In this document: positions 23,263 through 36,495 of the stretch, piece by piece
How positions within the stretch are numbered: the first letter of the stretch is position 1
How the letters are laid out: every line of letters starts with the position of its first letter
DNA from: Camelus dromedarius
Lineage: Eukaryota
NCBI RefSeq assembly: GCF_036321535.1
Contig: NC_087436.1
Span: forward strand, 36,148,001 to 36,212,000
DNA: 64,000 nt
Direction of reading: 5' to 3'
Made by a program: the position numbers and the translations under genes
Notes under the pieces: model-generated
Database searches by the model: none
What the model was told of the DNA's origin: nothing
What the model saw: only the letters and a program-made list of their open reading frames with translations

Positions 23263-26200
23263 TCTATCCTCTTAAATCTGTTGAGGCTTCTTTTGTGCTT
23301 GAGTATGTGGTCTATCCTAGAGAATGTTCCGTGAGCACTTGAAAAGAATGTGTATTCTGTTTCGGGAGTATGTAATGTCCTAAAAATATCAACCAAGTCC
23401 AAGTGTTGTATTGTGTCATTAAGTATCTCTGTTGCCTTACTGATTTTCCATCTGGAAGACCTGTTCAGTGATGTTAATGGAGTGTTAAAGTCTCCTACTA
23501 TTCGGTATTCCCATCAATTTCTTCCTTTATGTCTGTTAGTATTTGTTTTATATGTAGGTGCTCCTATATTGGGTGCATGTATGTTAATGAGTGTAATATC
23601 TTCATCTTGTTTTTGCTCCTTTGATCATTATATCTTGTCCTTACTCGTCTTTCTTTATGGGCTCTGTTTTAAAAGTCTTTTTTGTCTGATATGTGTATTG
23701 CTACTCCCACTTTCTTGTCATTTCCATTTGCATGAAAAAATTTTTTCCATCCTCTCACTTTCAATCTATTTGTGTCCTTCACTCTAAAGTGGGTCTATTG
23801 TAGGCAGGATATTTTGGGCTTTTGTTTTATTATCCAGTCTGCCACTCTGTCTTTTGATTGGAGCTTTTAGTCCATTGACGTTTATAGTAATTTTTGACAG
23901 ATGTGTATTTATAATTATTTTGAACTTTGTTTCCCAGTTGATTTGGTATTTCTTCTTTGTTCCTTTCTTTTCCTTTTTGTTTTTCTTTTTGTGGTTTGAT
24001 CATTTTCTTCTGTATTAGCTTGGTTTCTTTTTTGGTTTTTGTGAACGGAATTGTGCTTTTGATTTGTGGTTACCCTGTTTTTGAAGTCTGTTAATCCATC
24101 ACTATATCTTTTTGCTTTATACTGATAGTCATGTAGGCTAAAACACATCCTAAAAAGAATGAAGAGAAAAAAAGAGAGAGAGAAACAGTATCTATGTTCT
24201 CTTGCTCTCCTCTCCCACCTTTTATGATTTTGATTTTTCTTTTTACATCTTCAAGTTTATTCTCTTGTAACTCATTGTGGTTATTGCATTTCCAATTATG
24301 GTTTTCTCATCTCTATAGCTTCCTGTTTCTTTTCTATTTAGAGTAGACCTTTCAGTATTTCTTTTAGTGTAGGTTTGGTTTTTGCTTGGCTGTGAAATTC
24401 TCTCTCCTCTACTCTAAAGGATAGTCTTGCTGGATAGAGTATCCTAGGTTGCAGCTTTTTCTCATTCAGGAGTTTGAATTTATATTGCCACCCCCTTCTG
24501 CCCAGCAGTGTTTGTATAGAGAAATCAGCTGAAAGCTTTATGGGAGTTCCCTTGTAACTAACTCTTTGTTTTTCTCTTGCTGCTTTTAGAATTGTTTCTT
24601 TAACTTTGGCTATCTTAATTATAATATGTCTTAGTGTAGGTCTGTTTGAGTTCTTCTTGTTTGGGACCCTCTTTACCTCATGTACTTGGATAGCTGTTTC
24701 CTTTAGGTTTGGAAAGTTTTCAATGATTTATTCCAATACCTTTTCAATCCTGTTTTCTCTTTCTTCTCCTTTTGAGGCCCGTATTATGCGTAGGTTGGCA
24801 CGCTTTATATTATCCCATAGGTCCCTTGTATTGCTTTCATTGGTTTTTACTTGCTTTTCTGTCTGTTTTTCTGATTGGGTAACTTCTGTTACCCTGTCTT
24901 CTAAGTCACTTATTCGTTCCTCTGCATTATCTAGTCTACTTTTAACTGCGTTTAGCTCAGCTCTTACCTCAGCAGTCGAGTTTTCTGTTTTTAATCGGCT
25001 CTTCTTTATGGTTTAAATTTCCTTTTTAAAGTATTCTGTCTCTATTCGTAGTCTTAGATTTTTCATTCTTTTAACTGAGAGTAGTTCCTCTGCTTCTTCA
25101 TTTCGCTTACATTTCTCTGGCTCTATGGATTTAGGAGTATCAGTTATCTACTGTGGTGTTGAAGGGCTGTTTTTGTTTGTTTTTATTTAAAGTAGGAGCA
25201 TTCCTGTGTAGACTGTGTGCGTCTAATAGTTTTGTTGCAGTGGCTGTTCTTACTATGGATGGTTGCCACATCTTCCATGAGTGCTGGCTGTTCCTTTGAT
25301 TGGGAGTGTGGTTGGTGGTGTGGTGATCAGAGCCTGCCCTGATTGTTGTTGTTGAGCCTGGCCTCCTTTTTTGTTCTCTGGTTGTCATAGCCTTGACAGG
25401 GGCCTTGTCTGCCTCCCCTGTTGCTGGAATAGAGGCTTCTAGATCCATTTCTGAGCTGTGGTGTGTAGTAGGCAGGATTGGAGTGCTTCAGCTGGGAGGA
25501 AGAGTAGGCAGGAGGTGTCCACTAGGAAGTGCCATCTGTGGTTGTCTGTCATTTGTTATGTGGGCTTACACAGTACTCTTTGTTGACACTGCCTTTGTCC
25601 CTGCCTTACGCCTGCTCTGGTGTTCTGAGCCCCAGGAACCACCAGTGCTGATCCACCAATGTCAGGCGCTCAGACCTGCTGTTGTAGCAAGAATGCAGTC
25701 ACACACCTAAATCTGTGGTTTGCCACAGGGTCAGCACAGACCCCAGCCATGCCCCACATGGTATGGTCCACCAGCCCATTGTAAATACCCGTACTCGCCC
25801 CTGCCATGCTTCAGAACTCCACTCACTGCATATTGGTCCCAGAGGCTCGGGTCCACAAAGGGTCCAGAGTGAGCAAATCCACCCTCTCTGCCTGGGGATA
25901 TAAACAAATTTCAGTTCCGTCTGCGAAGTTACAGGGCCTCTGGGTAAGGATTCAGTTTTCAGCCCTCCCTCCGTGCAGCAGTGATGGCTATGACCAAGCC
26001 CCACCTCCCTTCTCACGAGAACACACCAACAATGGCACCAAGCAGAGAAAGCTGCCATGGCGTGGCTGTGTTGCACCCCTCCCCGACATACAAACTATTA
26101 GTGGTGCTTTTTTATGGGGGCCCAAGGCTATTCTGTTCCACACACAACCCCAGCCAGAGCTCACACCACCCTCCAGTCCCCTAAGGCTGCCTGTGTGCAG

Positions 26201-26606
26201 TGGGCTCCTCACCAATCTCCAGCAGCCAGTTCCAGCTCATCCCTGCCGGCTCGCGTCTAAGCCAGGGATTGCAAGGAGCCTCTGTGTCAGTTTCCTTAGT
26301 TCTGTCTTCCAAGTGGCTGCCACTTTCTCCTATGAGCTTCTGAAGCTCCACTTCTGTCCCTGCTGACCTCCCAGCTGGAAAGGGGGCATCCCAACATGAG
26401 GGTACCTTTCTTTCTATGCTGCTCCCTCCGTGCAGGACTAGTTCTGCACTGATTTTTTTTTCCTTCATTACCAGATTTTGTGAGAATCCTGTATTTCGAA
26501 GAGAGAGACACTCTGCCAGGGTTCAGTAGGTGTTCTGTGTGATTCAGTGGGTTTGTAGGTGTAATTCTTGGTGTGAGTCTCTACTCTGCCATCTTGGCTC
26601 AGACTC
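23263..26606 (-). mobile_element. 5' half of the same L1 as 16750-20223 (ORF2 EN region, spacer, ORF1 remnant, 5'UTR)
   Basis: ORF2 EN fragment [11 protein letters not shown]...SRIDHIL and ORF1 similarity at ~24340-25110. The 5' end ctactctgccatcttggctcagactc is homologous to the young L1 5' end. Confidence 0.9.
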
Positions 26607-26641
26607 TTAAAAGATGGTTAGAATCAAGTTGCCTGGATTTT

Positions 26642-29600
26642 ATTTTTTTTTTAAGCTACCCAGTCTATGTTTTGTTTTGTTTTTTTTTAATTATTGCTAC
26701 ACAACCCATGACATTTTGGGGTTTTTTGAAGTTTTGTTTTCATTTTTCAGTTTTATTAGCTAAAATCGATACAATTTGACTGGAACAGATACAATTTATT
26801 GCATGTAAATACATAATATAATGTACTACATATATTTAATTTACATAAATGTATTGTTCATTACTTCTAAGAATAGTTTAGAGCTTTAGCTATTTAAACT
26901 TAGTTATCAAAGGAATAAAGCCAACCACAAAATAAGAACAGAATGCAGTCATCCAATCATAAAGGACAGTCAAATGTGCTTACACATATTCAAGAAATCA
27001 GTCATCCATGTTATAAATGATAAGTAGTTCATTGGTGTCTTTTTTTTTTTCTAGAGTCCACATATAAGTAATACATGGCATTTTTCTTTCTCTTTGTGGC
27101 TTCACTTCGAATAATGATCTCCAGGTACATCCATTTTGCTGCAGATGGCATTATTTTATTCTTTTTATGGTTGAGTAGCATTCCATTGTATATATATATA
27201 CCACTTCTTTATCCAGTCATCTGTTGATGGACATTTGGGTTTTTTCCATGTCTTGGCTATTGTTACTAATGCTGTTATGAACACTGGGGTGCATGTGTCT
27301 TTTTGAATCAAGGTTCCCTCTGGATATATGCCCAGAAGTGGGATTGCTGGATCATTAGTAAGTCTATTTAGTGTTTTAAGGAACCGTCATACTGTCCTCC
27401 GTAGAGGCTGCACCAATTTACATCCCCACGAACAGTGTAGGAAGGTTACCTTTTCTCCACATCCTCTCCAGCATTTATCATTTGTGGACTTTTTAATGAT
27501 GGCCATTCTAACTGGTGTGAGATGATACCTCACTGTAGTTTTGATTTGCATTGCTCTAACAATTAATGATGTTGAGCATCCTTTCATGTGCTTGTTGGTC
27601 ATCTGGATGTCTTCTTTGGAGAACTGTCTATTTAGGTCTTCTGCCCACTTTTTCATTGAGTTGCTTGTGTTTTTTCGATATTAAGCTGTATGAGTTGTTT
27701 TTATATTTTGGAAATTAGTCCATTGTCGGTTGCATCATTTGCACATATTTTCTCCCATTCTGTAGGTTATCTTTTCATTTTGTTGATGGTATCCTTAGCT
27801 GTGCAAAAGCTTTTAAAAAGTTTAATTAATCCCATTTATTTTTACTTTTATTTCCATTACTCTAGGAGCTGGTTTGAAAAAATATATACTGCTGTGTGAT
27901 TTATGTGAGTGTTCTGCCTACATTTTCTCTAGAGAGTTTTATACTATGTGGTCTTACATTTAGGTCTTTAATCCATTTTGAGTTTATTTTTGTATATGGT
28001 GTTAGAGAATGTCTTAATTTCAGTCTTTTACAAGTAGCTGTCCAGTTTTCCTAGCACTACTAATTGAAGAGTCTGTCTTTTCCCCATTGTATATTCTTGC
28101 CTCCTTTGTCGTAGATTAATTGACCATAAATACATGAGTTTATTTCTGGACTTTCTGTCCTGTTCCATTGATCTATGTGTCTGGGTTTGTGCCAGTACCA
28201 TACTGTTTTGATTGTTTTAGCTATGTAGTATAGTCTGAAGTCAGGGAGAATGATTCCCCCATCTCCCTTCTTCTTTCTCAAGATTGTTTTGGCTATTTGG
28301 GGACTTTTGTGTTTCCATACAAATTTAACATTTTTTTGCTTCAGCTCTGTGAAAAATGTTGGTAATTTGATAGTGATTCCATTGAATCTGTATATTGCCT
28401 TGGGTAGTATGGCCATTTTAACAATATTGATCCTTCAAATCCAAGAACACCATATATCTTTCCATTTGTTTACATCATCTTCAGTTTCTTTCATCAGTGT
28501 CTTACAGTTTTTGGAGTACAGGTCTTTTGCCTCCTTGGGTAGGTTTATTCCTAGGTATTTAATTCTTTATGGTGCAATGGTAAATGGTATTGTTTCCTTA
28601 ATTTCTTTTTCTGCTATTTCATTGTTAATGTATAGAAATGCAATGGATTTCTGTGTATTTTGTGTCCTGCAACTTTACCAAATGAGTTCTAGTAGTTTTC
28701 TGGTCACTTCCTTAAGGTTTTCTATGTATAGTACCGTGTTATCTGCAAACAGTGACAGTTGTACTTCTTTGTTTCGAATTTGGACTTTTCTTTTTCTTCT
28801 CTGATTTCTGTGGCTAGGACTTCCAAAACTATGTTGAATAAAACTGGCAAGAGTGGGTATCGTTGTCTTGTTCCTGATCTTAGAGGAAATGCTTTCAGGT
28901 TTTTCCCATTAAGTATGATGTTAGCTGTGGGTTTGTCATATATGGCCTTTATAATGTTGGGGTATGTTCCCACCTTCTGGAGAGTTTTTATCATAAATGG
29001 ATGTTGAATTCCATCAAGAGCTTTTTCTGCATCTATTGAGATGATCGTATGGTTTTTATTCTAAAATTTGTTAATGTGGTGTATCACATTGATTTGCAGA
29101 TACTGAAAATTCCCTGCATCCTTGGGATAAATCCCACTTGATGATGGTATATGGTCCTTTTAATCCATTGTTGGAGTCAATTTACTAGTATTTTGTTGAC
29201 GATTTTTGCATCTATATACATAAGTGATATTGGCCTGTAATTTTCTTTTTTTGTGGTATCTTTGTCTGGTTTTGGTATCAGGGTGATGCTGGCCTCATAG
29301 AAGGTGTTTGGAACTGTTCCTTCCTCTGTAATTCTTGGAAATAGTGTCAGGATAGGTGTTAGCTCTCTTAAATGTTTGGTAGAATTCACCTGTGAAGCCA
29401 TCTGTTCCTGGACTTCGGTTTGTTGGGAGTTTTTTACTGATTCAATTTTAATACTGGTAATTGGTCTATTCATATTGCCTATTTCTTCCTGGTTCAGTCT
29501 TGGTAAATTGTACATTTCTAGGAAATTATCCATTTCTTCTAGGTTATCCTTTTTGTTGGCGTATAGTTGCTCATAGTAGCCTCTTAGGATCCCTTGTATT

Positions 29601-29977
29601 TCTGTGGTGTCGGTTGTAACTTCTTTTTCATCTTTGACAAATTTGGGCCCTCTCCCTTTATTTCTTGATGAGTCTGACTAAAGGGTTATCAAAATTTTTT
29701 TTTCAGAGAATCAGCTTTTTGTTTCATTGATCTTTTCTATTTTTTCAGTCTCTGTTTCATTTATTTCTGCTCTAATCTTTGATTTCTTTTCTTCTACTAA
29801 TTTTGGATTTTGTTGTTCTTTCTCTAGCTGTTCTAGGTGTAAGGTTAGGTTGTTTACTTGAGATTTTTCTTGTTTCCTCAGGTAGGCTTGTATCGATAAG
29901 AACTTCCCTCCTAGAACTGCTTTTGCTGTGTCCCAAAGGTTTTGAATCGTTGTTTTCATTTTCATTTATCTCAAACT
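26642..29977 (-). mobile_element. 5'-truncated L1 (ORF2 fragments) with a ~380-nt non-canonical 3' tail, inserted in a MIR
   Basis: ORF2 fragments at 27387-29965. Degenerate TSD atcaagttgcctggatttt (26623-26641) / atcagattgcctctatttt (29978-29996), followed by aa (TTTT/AA endonuclease site). Confidence 0.88.
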
Positions 29978-30170
29978 ATCAGATTGCCTCTATTTTAATC
30001 CCTAGTTTACTACACACTAGTTGTATCACTCCAGGCAAGTCATTAAATCCTTTTATGTCCTTAATTTCATCACTTCTAAAATGGGAACAATAATAGTTTC
30101 TCATGGGATTACTGTAAAGTTTAAATGTGTATAATTTTAAAACATCTAGAATGGTGTCTGGAATAGTATT
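29978..30170 (+). mobile_element. MIR (split by the L1 above)
   Basis: ggcaagtcattaaatcc...taatttcatcacttctaaaatgggaacaataatag MIR core. Confidence 0.7.
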
Positions 30171-30612
30171 CAGTATACATTACCTAGTATTTATTAGTAT
30201 TACTTATTATATTGGTAAATCCAGTTAATGAGTATCTTTAATACAAAAAAAGTGAGAAGACATACTCATCCCTCCACTGATACATCATATCTATAACATT
30301 AACCAGGTTTTTCAAATCAAATAACTTAGGCCCCTCTATCTACCATTTAGAACTAACCATAAGCTCAAGCTTTTGGCGGGAGGAAGCTTTTTTAAAATAA
30401 GCTTTTTAAAGCTAAGTGGTGCCATTAAATATCACAGTTTACCAGCACAAAAATATACTTAATCTTCCCATACCTAAGATTTATAATTGAATAATCAAAA
30501 TTTGAGCTGTTTTCAATCCTTGTATCTAGCATTTTTCCCCTTCTAATAAGTTTATATCTCCAAATTTAATAATTACCAATTATTTATAATCAAGTCTAGG
30601 TAAAGATTTTTA

Positions 30613-30735
30613 AAATTTCTTGAGGGGGAGTAATTAGGTTTACTTACTTATTTTTAGAGGAGGTATTGGGGATTGAACCCAGGACTTTGTGTATGCTAAG
30701 CATGTGCTCTACCACTTGAGCTATACGCTCTCAAC
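30613..30735 (-). mobile_element. tRNA-derived SINE (camelid Vic-type)
   Basis: A box TAGCTCAAGTGG and B box GGTTCAATCC on the minus strand. TSD taaagattttta at 30601-30612 and 30736-30747. Homologous to 54835-54973. Confidence 0.9.
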
Positions 30736-31454
30736 TAAAGATTTTTAGAAGTTGATTTTTATTGATCTGGGGAAACAGTTGTTTGCCCCATTATAACATT
30801 TCTTTTGTTAGAATTTATAGTAGTGAAGTTTAATATCCTAACAGACAAAAAGACTGCATAGTTTCTGTAGAAACATAACTTCTGAAAGTTTCAAAATGAA
30901 ACCCCCAAAACAGAGAGATATACTTAGATGTTTCTACAATAACAAAATAAAACATAATATGCTTTATAAATTAATCTCAAGTCTGAGCCAGACACGGAAG
31001 GGTGGAAAGCCTCAATTCTGTACCCACATAATCAACAGTCTGTGGAAACTCTGGGAACCATGCCACTGGTGTCCAAGCTGGCATAGTTGGGAAATGACAC
31101 ATTCTTTAAGAAGCTGTTGTCCAGGAAATGAGTAGGTCAGAAAGCACACCAGTAAAAGGTCCATAAACTTGTTTTATGAATGAAGTGTATGAGGTATACT
31201 GGCTCCATGCTGCAGCACCTCCATGAGCGTATCATAATTTCTCATTCATTCTTCAGTTTTTAGCATGGTGATGGATTGAAAGAACTCTAACATGAAAAAA
31301 TGTCAGCCATAAGAATATTATCCCATGCCATTTCATAATTATTTTAAATCACTTTTTCCCATATTTATCTCCATTCTGAGATCAGATCTTCCCACCTGCC
31401 CCTCCTCACCAAAAGAAAGAAATAGAATACAAAAGCCCTACAAATTTAACCAAT

Positions 31455-31460
31455 TTTATT
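31455..31460 (-). terminator. FGF2: Likely distal FGF2 polyadenylation signal (AATAAA)
   Basis: tttatt on plus, followed on the minus strand by a U/GU-rich tract (~31410-31440). The position just beyond the short NUDT6 exon fits the known long FGF2 3'UTR. Confidence 0.65.
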
Positions 31461-31987
31461 CACACTTCCCATGAAAAGCAGTTACATTTTTACATAGTCA
31501 TTAACACAGAACAAAAGAAATCTTAAGATTAATATATCTGATTAGACACAATACAGAAAATAAATGTGAAAATTTAAAATAGCATACTTTAGTGATTAAA
31601 TTTATACTGTATTGTCTACTTATTTATAGCAGCATCAGTAGGATTTCTCTATTTTTTAATAAACTAGCAGCAAAACTTTTTAAACTACACAAATTCAGTA
31701 GATGTTTCCCTCCACTGTTTCACTCATACAGAATTTATCACATTAACCAAACCAAACCACTTCTACTTCCTGAAGAAAAAGGTGGGAAAAGATTTCACAA
31801 GTCACTAGTTTCCCCAAAAAAGAAAGAAAGGGAGGAGTAAGAAAGAAAGCTGCAAAAAATTTGCATACAATTACCAAAAAATAAATTCTCAACCACCTTA
31901 ACCAATTATGGGTAGATTTTGTGGCATCGCCTTGTGTGTGTATTGGTGAATAAAAGCTATGTTAACCTTTCTGATTTTATACTGCAG

Positions 31988-32042
31988 TTGAAAAATATGT
32001 GGAAATTTCCAGGAGGCCTGTCAGAGCCTGGAGAAGATATCG
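31988..32042 (+). CDS. NUDT6: NUDT6 penultimate coding exon (55 nt; [19 protein letters not shown]), first half of the Nudix box
   Basis: Pyrimidine tract + ctgcag acceptor and gtatgt donor. A phase-1 junction joins it in frame to the exon at 35717. Confidence 0.93.
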
Positions 32043-34968
32043 GTATGTATCTTACCTATCTTTAATTGGCTTGAAAATGTTGAGGAAATTCATATATACT
32101 TTTTTGGAGCTAAAAAAAGTATTTTAACTTTTCTAATTGTTTCAGATCAAGAAAATTTCGGTGAAGTTATTTCAAGGCTGATATAAAATTAGCAGCAAAA
32201 CTTGTAATGATCTTATTCCATTAGTATAAATAATACCATTAGGAGCATTACACCTATTTTTCTGCTTAGAACTGCTTCTAGATTAGTTTCAAAATGAGAA
32301 GCTCCGGATATACTTCAGTCAAGTGTAGCATTAAGGGTTATTTTGAATATGACTAAAATTGTTGGAATCAAACTGAGAAAACAAATTTTTGGCCACTTTA
32401 TCACATGAAGATGAATAGTAACATTTTGAACTGTGAAATAAGTATTATTTATAAAATCAGTGATAGAGCAGTGGTGACATAAATCTTCCCTTTATGAAAC
32501 TTTTATCTATTTATTTTGGATAGTCAGGAAGCATAGTAAACATAGTAAAACAGTAAAATGTCTCATAAGAAAGTCTCAAATGAGAGGTAACGTCCTAAAA
32601 CAACTTCCTGAGCTCAATATTTAAGACAGAAATATGAAATTAATAATTGTCACTGATTTTACAGGAAATAGGGGAAAGAACAGAAACTTCTTTCCTACCT
32701 ATTCCTTAAACCATTGGGTCAAATGCAGTCCCATCATAATAAATCATTCAGAGAAATAATACTGATGTCTCCTATTCTCTTTAGCCATCATTTACTTGAA
32801 GGCAATTTCCTAAATTATTTTAAGTATATACATACTTGACTTTTTTTAATGTTCCACGGATTAAAATGCCCTGTACACTGTATAGAGCCAATTCCTAACA
32901 ACCTACAGGTAAATCTCCTACATTCAGATACATCTAGCAAATTGTGGTTTTTAGGTACTTGCCTTTTGCTTAGATTCTGCTAGGTCTTCTTTTGAAATAA
33001 AAGAGGATTTTGTAGTGATGCAGTGCTGAAAGAGAAGGCCATTCATTCTAGAACATCTAATTATTTCACACTGTCCTGATGTGATATGAGATCGTGTGAA
33101 CTAGTTATGGTTTCCTTCCTTACTCAGTCCATATTGGGCAGACAGCAGCCTACAGAGCTCCGTATAGCTTTGTCTTGAGTCTTCTCAAATGGATTTACTT
33201 TTTTCATTTAAGTTTTATGGATCTTCTGAATTTCAGATATATTTAAATTTAAATGAAGAAACACATTTCCAAGCCAAATATGTATAATTATAGGTGAGTG
33301 TATTCCAGAACTCTTCAAGTCCATATAATTAAGAATTCACTACTTTTTTAAAAAGTATTTGTAGTTGTCACAACAACAGATATATTCAGGGAGCGCATAC
33401 AAACGCCTCAACCATGTAGAATTAAGAAAAAAAGCAGCAACTGGCATTCACCATACTGCCTAGAAGTAGTAAAAATTGAAGCCTTGCCTTAGAACTGATA
33501 AAACCCTGAAAGTAGCTAGAAGTGATAACTGACAGCAGATGTCTGTCTGAAAGACTGTCTAGATGAAGGCATTTCTGTTTTGTAACATAGTACAGTAATG
33601 GATGATTTGGCTTCATCATTAATCATCATTAAGAATAAGAATTATTTATTTTCCTTAAAACCTGTTTTTAGGAAAGCGGGTAATATACTTCAGGAATACT
33701 GCCATCACAAATGTGCAAACATTCCTATTGGCTCTTAAGTAGTAAACACTGGTTAACTGAGAAGCACATTTGTTTGGAATCCTTCATTCTTTGATAACAC
33801 ATAAATGAAACACTATTGTCCATAGTGTTTAAAAAAAACATTAATTAAGAGGGCATATACCAATAGAATGCAATCCTCAGGCTTTAATATAATATACCCT
33901 AAGAGTACAAAGTTACAAAGTTAAAAATGGAGTAGCTGCCTTCCTGACAGGAAGAGAATCCTGCATAGCAAAAGGGCTATAAAGCAGTGAGGTCTGATCA
34001 AAGATGATCAGTGTACCAGATTCAGAGGGAAACACCAGGAAAACCCACATTCTGCACAGTTTTTTCCTATTATATTTTATTTCAACCTAATCCTATTAAA
34101 TATTACAAAATAGAAATAACAAATATAAACTCCATTTAAACACACTATGATGTATTTAAACATCTTTCAACCACCAAAAATAAAAACAAAACTCTTGGTT
34201 TTTCTTACGTTTTTCAAACCTATGAAATAGTAAATGTTATTTCAGTTTAGCTTACAGTACATTAAAAAAATAATGGTACAAGAGAATAGAGCACTGTAAC
34301 TAGGTAATAAGTTTAAATTCATGGTAAAATCCTTGGAGAAGAGATTTCAATCTTGAGATGGAAAGGGTTCCTCTAGATACAAAAGCATTACTTTGCCTAT
34401 TCACTTGTTAGTCTAGTCAGTGATACCATGATTCAAATTAAACTGATCAAACTACCCAGGCAGTGCTGATTTTGAATCAGCTGCTGTGGTCACTGCTGAG
34501 CAGGACAGATTGGCTCACTAGCCCCATCCTGTGCTTCCATAACACACAGACTAGACTCAGGAACTAAATGCCAAACGCTTGATTAGTGGTACTAAGCCAT
34601 GGTCAACTTTTCAAAGCTGTTAAAGAATAAAACATTCAAACAATTTTTCAATCTTTAACAAACATGTATACCACTGAAAATAATTTTTTCCTATTAAGGC
34701 AATTTTTTTCTTAACATTTATGTTTATAGTTTAAAAATGTAATTTCTAACCATGTTTAATCTATAGCAAATCTCAGTTATAAGGGGAGTCAGCACATAGT
34801 TTAAAAAAAGACATTTGTCTGCATTTTTAAACTCTTTACTCTTCCTGTGTATATTTCCAGAGCTGTTTCTTGATGGGTGTAAACAAGAGCATATCCAGGG
34901 AATTGGTAAGATAGTCTATTTCAGAGCACACAGGAATTGAGACATTTTCCCCTCACTTTATCTTCCTT

Positions 34969-35001
34969 GCCTATTTACCAGCAGGCCTATTTACCAGCAG
35001 G
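34969..35001. repeat. Perfect 16-bp tandem duplication (gcctatttaccagcag)x2
   Basis: Direct reading. Confidence 0.9.
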
Positions 35002-35716
35002 ACTACTCAAAAGGCAAATATAATTTGCAATTTGACAGACAAGAAAATGGAGGCATTAAAGGGTATTTGAACAAAAATTAATTATGCATGTGGCAATAGT
35101 GAAACTTCCCAACAAACAGGCAAGGAAGGCTTTTTTAAGGACTTCTCATAAACACTCTGGGAGACAGTGACAAAGCATCACAGAGTTAGAGAAGTCCCAT
35201 GGAGGAGGTTCATCTGAATATTTAAAAAAAGCACTACAAAAATATGTTAATGGCAGTAAAAATACTGCCCCAGAAATTTGCATATTATTTAAAAAATCAA
35301 CCCTGTAAAATGTGAAGACCCTTGTATTATAAAATTCTATAAATTGCAGGTTTTTAAAAACTTTTGATGAGATAAAGGACTGTGGCATTTTGAGTACTGG
35401 AGGAAAGAATCCAAGTTCTTTGGAATCTCAAAACACAAAATGCCAAAAGTTACCATGGTGGGACTCCACTGACAGGATAAGCAGAAGAGCATGACCAAAT
35501 GGTTATAAAGGAATCTCCTCTGACTTCAGAAGCTTCTTAGCACTGTACATCTAAGAAAATACTTTGGTATCTCATGATGTCCAGAAGACAGAGTTGTATC
35601 AAAAACTACTTTCCTGGGGTAAAGTTTTGCTTTTGAACCTTTAATAATCTATCTGAAAATCTTGGATGATTAAATTTCTGAAAATGTGACCCTACCTTTT
35701 TCTTTTTTTTCTTTAG

Positions 35717-36114
35717 GAGATACAGCAGTTCGAGAAGTTTTTGAAGAGACTGGTATAAAATCAGAATTCAGGTCCCTCCTAAGTATTCGGCAACAACACA
35801 CCAATCCCGGAGCTTTTGGGAAGTCAGACATGTATTTCATCTGCCGCTTACAGCCATATTCATTCACCATAAATTTTTGCCAGCAAGAATGCTTAAGGTG
35901 TGAGTGGATGGATCTCAGTGACCTGGTCAAGACTGAAAACACAACTCCCATCACCAGCAGAGTTGCTAGGCTGCTGCTGTACGGGTACAGAGAAGGGTTT
36001 GACAAGATAGATCTGACCATGGAAGAACTTCCAGCAGTTTACACAGGCTTGTTCTATAAACTCTATCACAAGGAACTGCCAGACAATTACAAAACTGTGA
36101 CAGGAATGTGTTAA
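35717..36114 (+). CDS. NUDT6: NUDT6 terminal coding exon (Nudix hydrolase 6 / FGF-AS / GFG)
   Basis: ttttctttag acceptor; [18 protein letters not shown]...[24 protein letters not shown]. With the previous exon it gives the Nudix box G-x5-E-x7-REVFEETGI. Confidence 0.97.
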
Positions 36115-36495
36115 ATTCATATTTATAAGTAGTGGACATTTGGATTAAATATCTCACTTTAATTTTCTAATGTCTATGATTTCCATGAAGAAAACTTGTG
36201 TGTGCACATTTTAAAAGCCTCTTTTCAAATGAAGCAAACGTTATCAGAAAGATTGTAGCTCTAAGTAAGCTTCACTGGATAAAGGCAAATGCTATATAAA
36301 AAATGGAAATCTATATATTTTCCAGGAATTTTTTTTAACTAAGGCAATGATTAAATATTTTACTATTAGATAAAAGGTTATCTGGCCAGTTATCCAAACT
36401 GAGCAGGTAGCTGTACACATTTTTCTTCTTTCATTAACAAATTTCTAAAATATACCTCTTCTTTCATGTGAAATGATCAGATGCTGCCATTAAGA

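Larger units (their letters stand above)
31440..36495 (-). other. FGF2: FGF2 long AU-rich 3'UTR (~5 kb), antisense to the last two NUDT6 exons
   Basis: Continuous, largely repeat-free AT-rich sequence from the FGF2 stop codon to the AATAAA above; known FGF2/FGF-AS architecture. Confidence 0.7.

Noticed and set aside
36097..36114. NUDT6 C-terminus ending in Cys (TGMC) as a prenylation signal
   Set aside because: Not a CaaX, CC or CXC motif; this tail is variable between species
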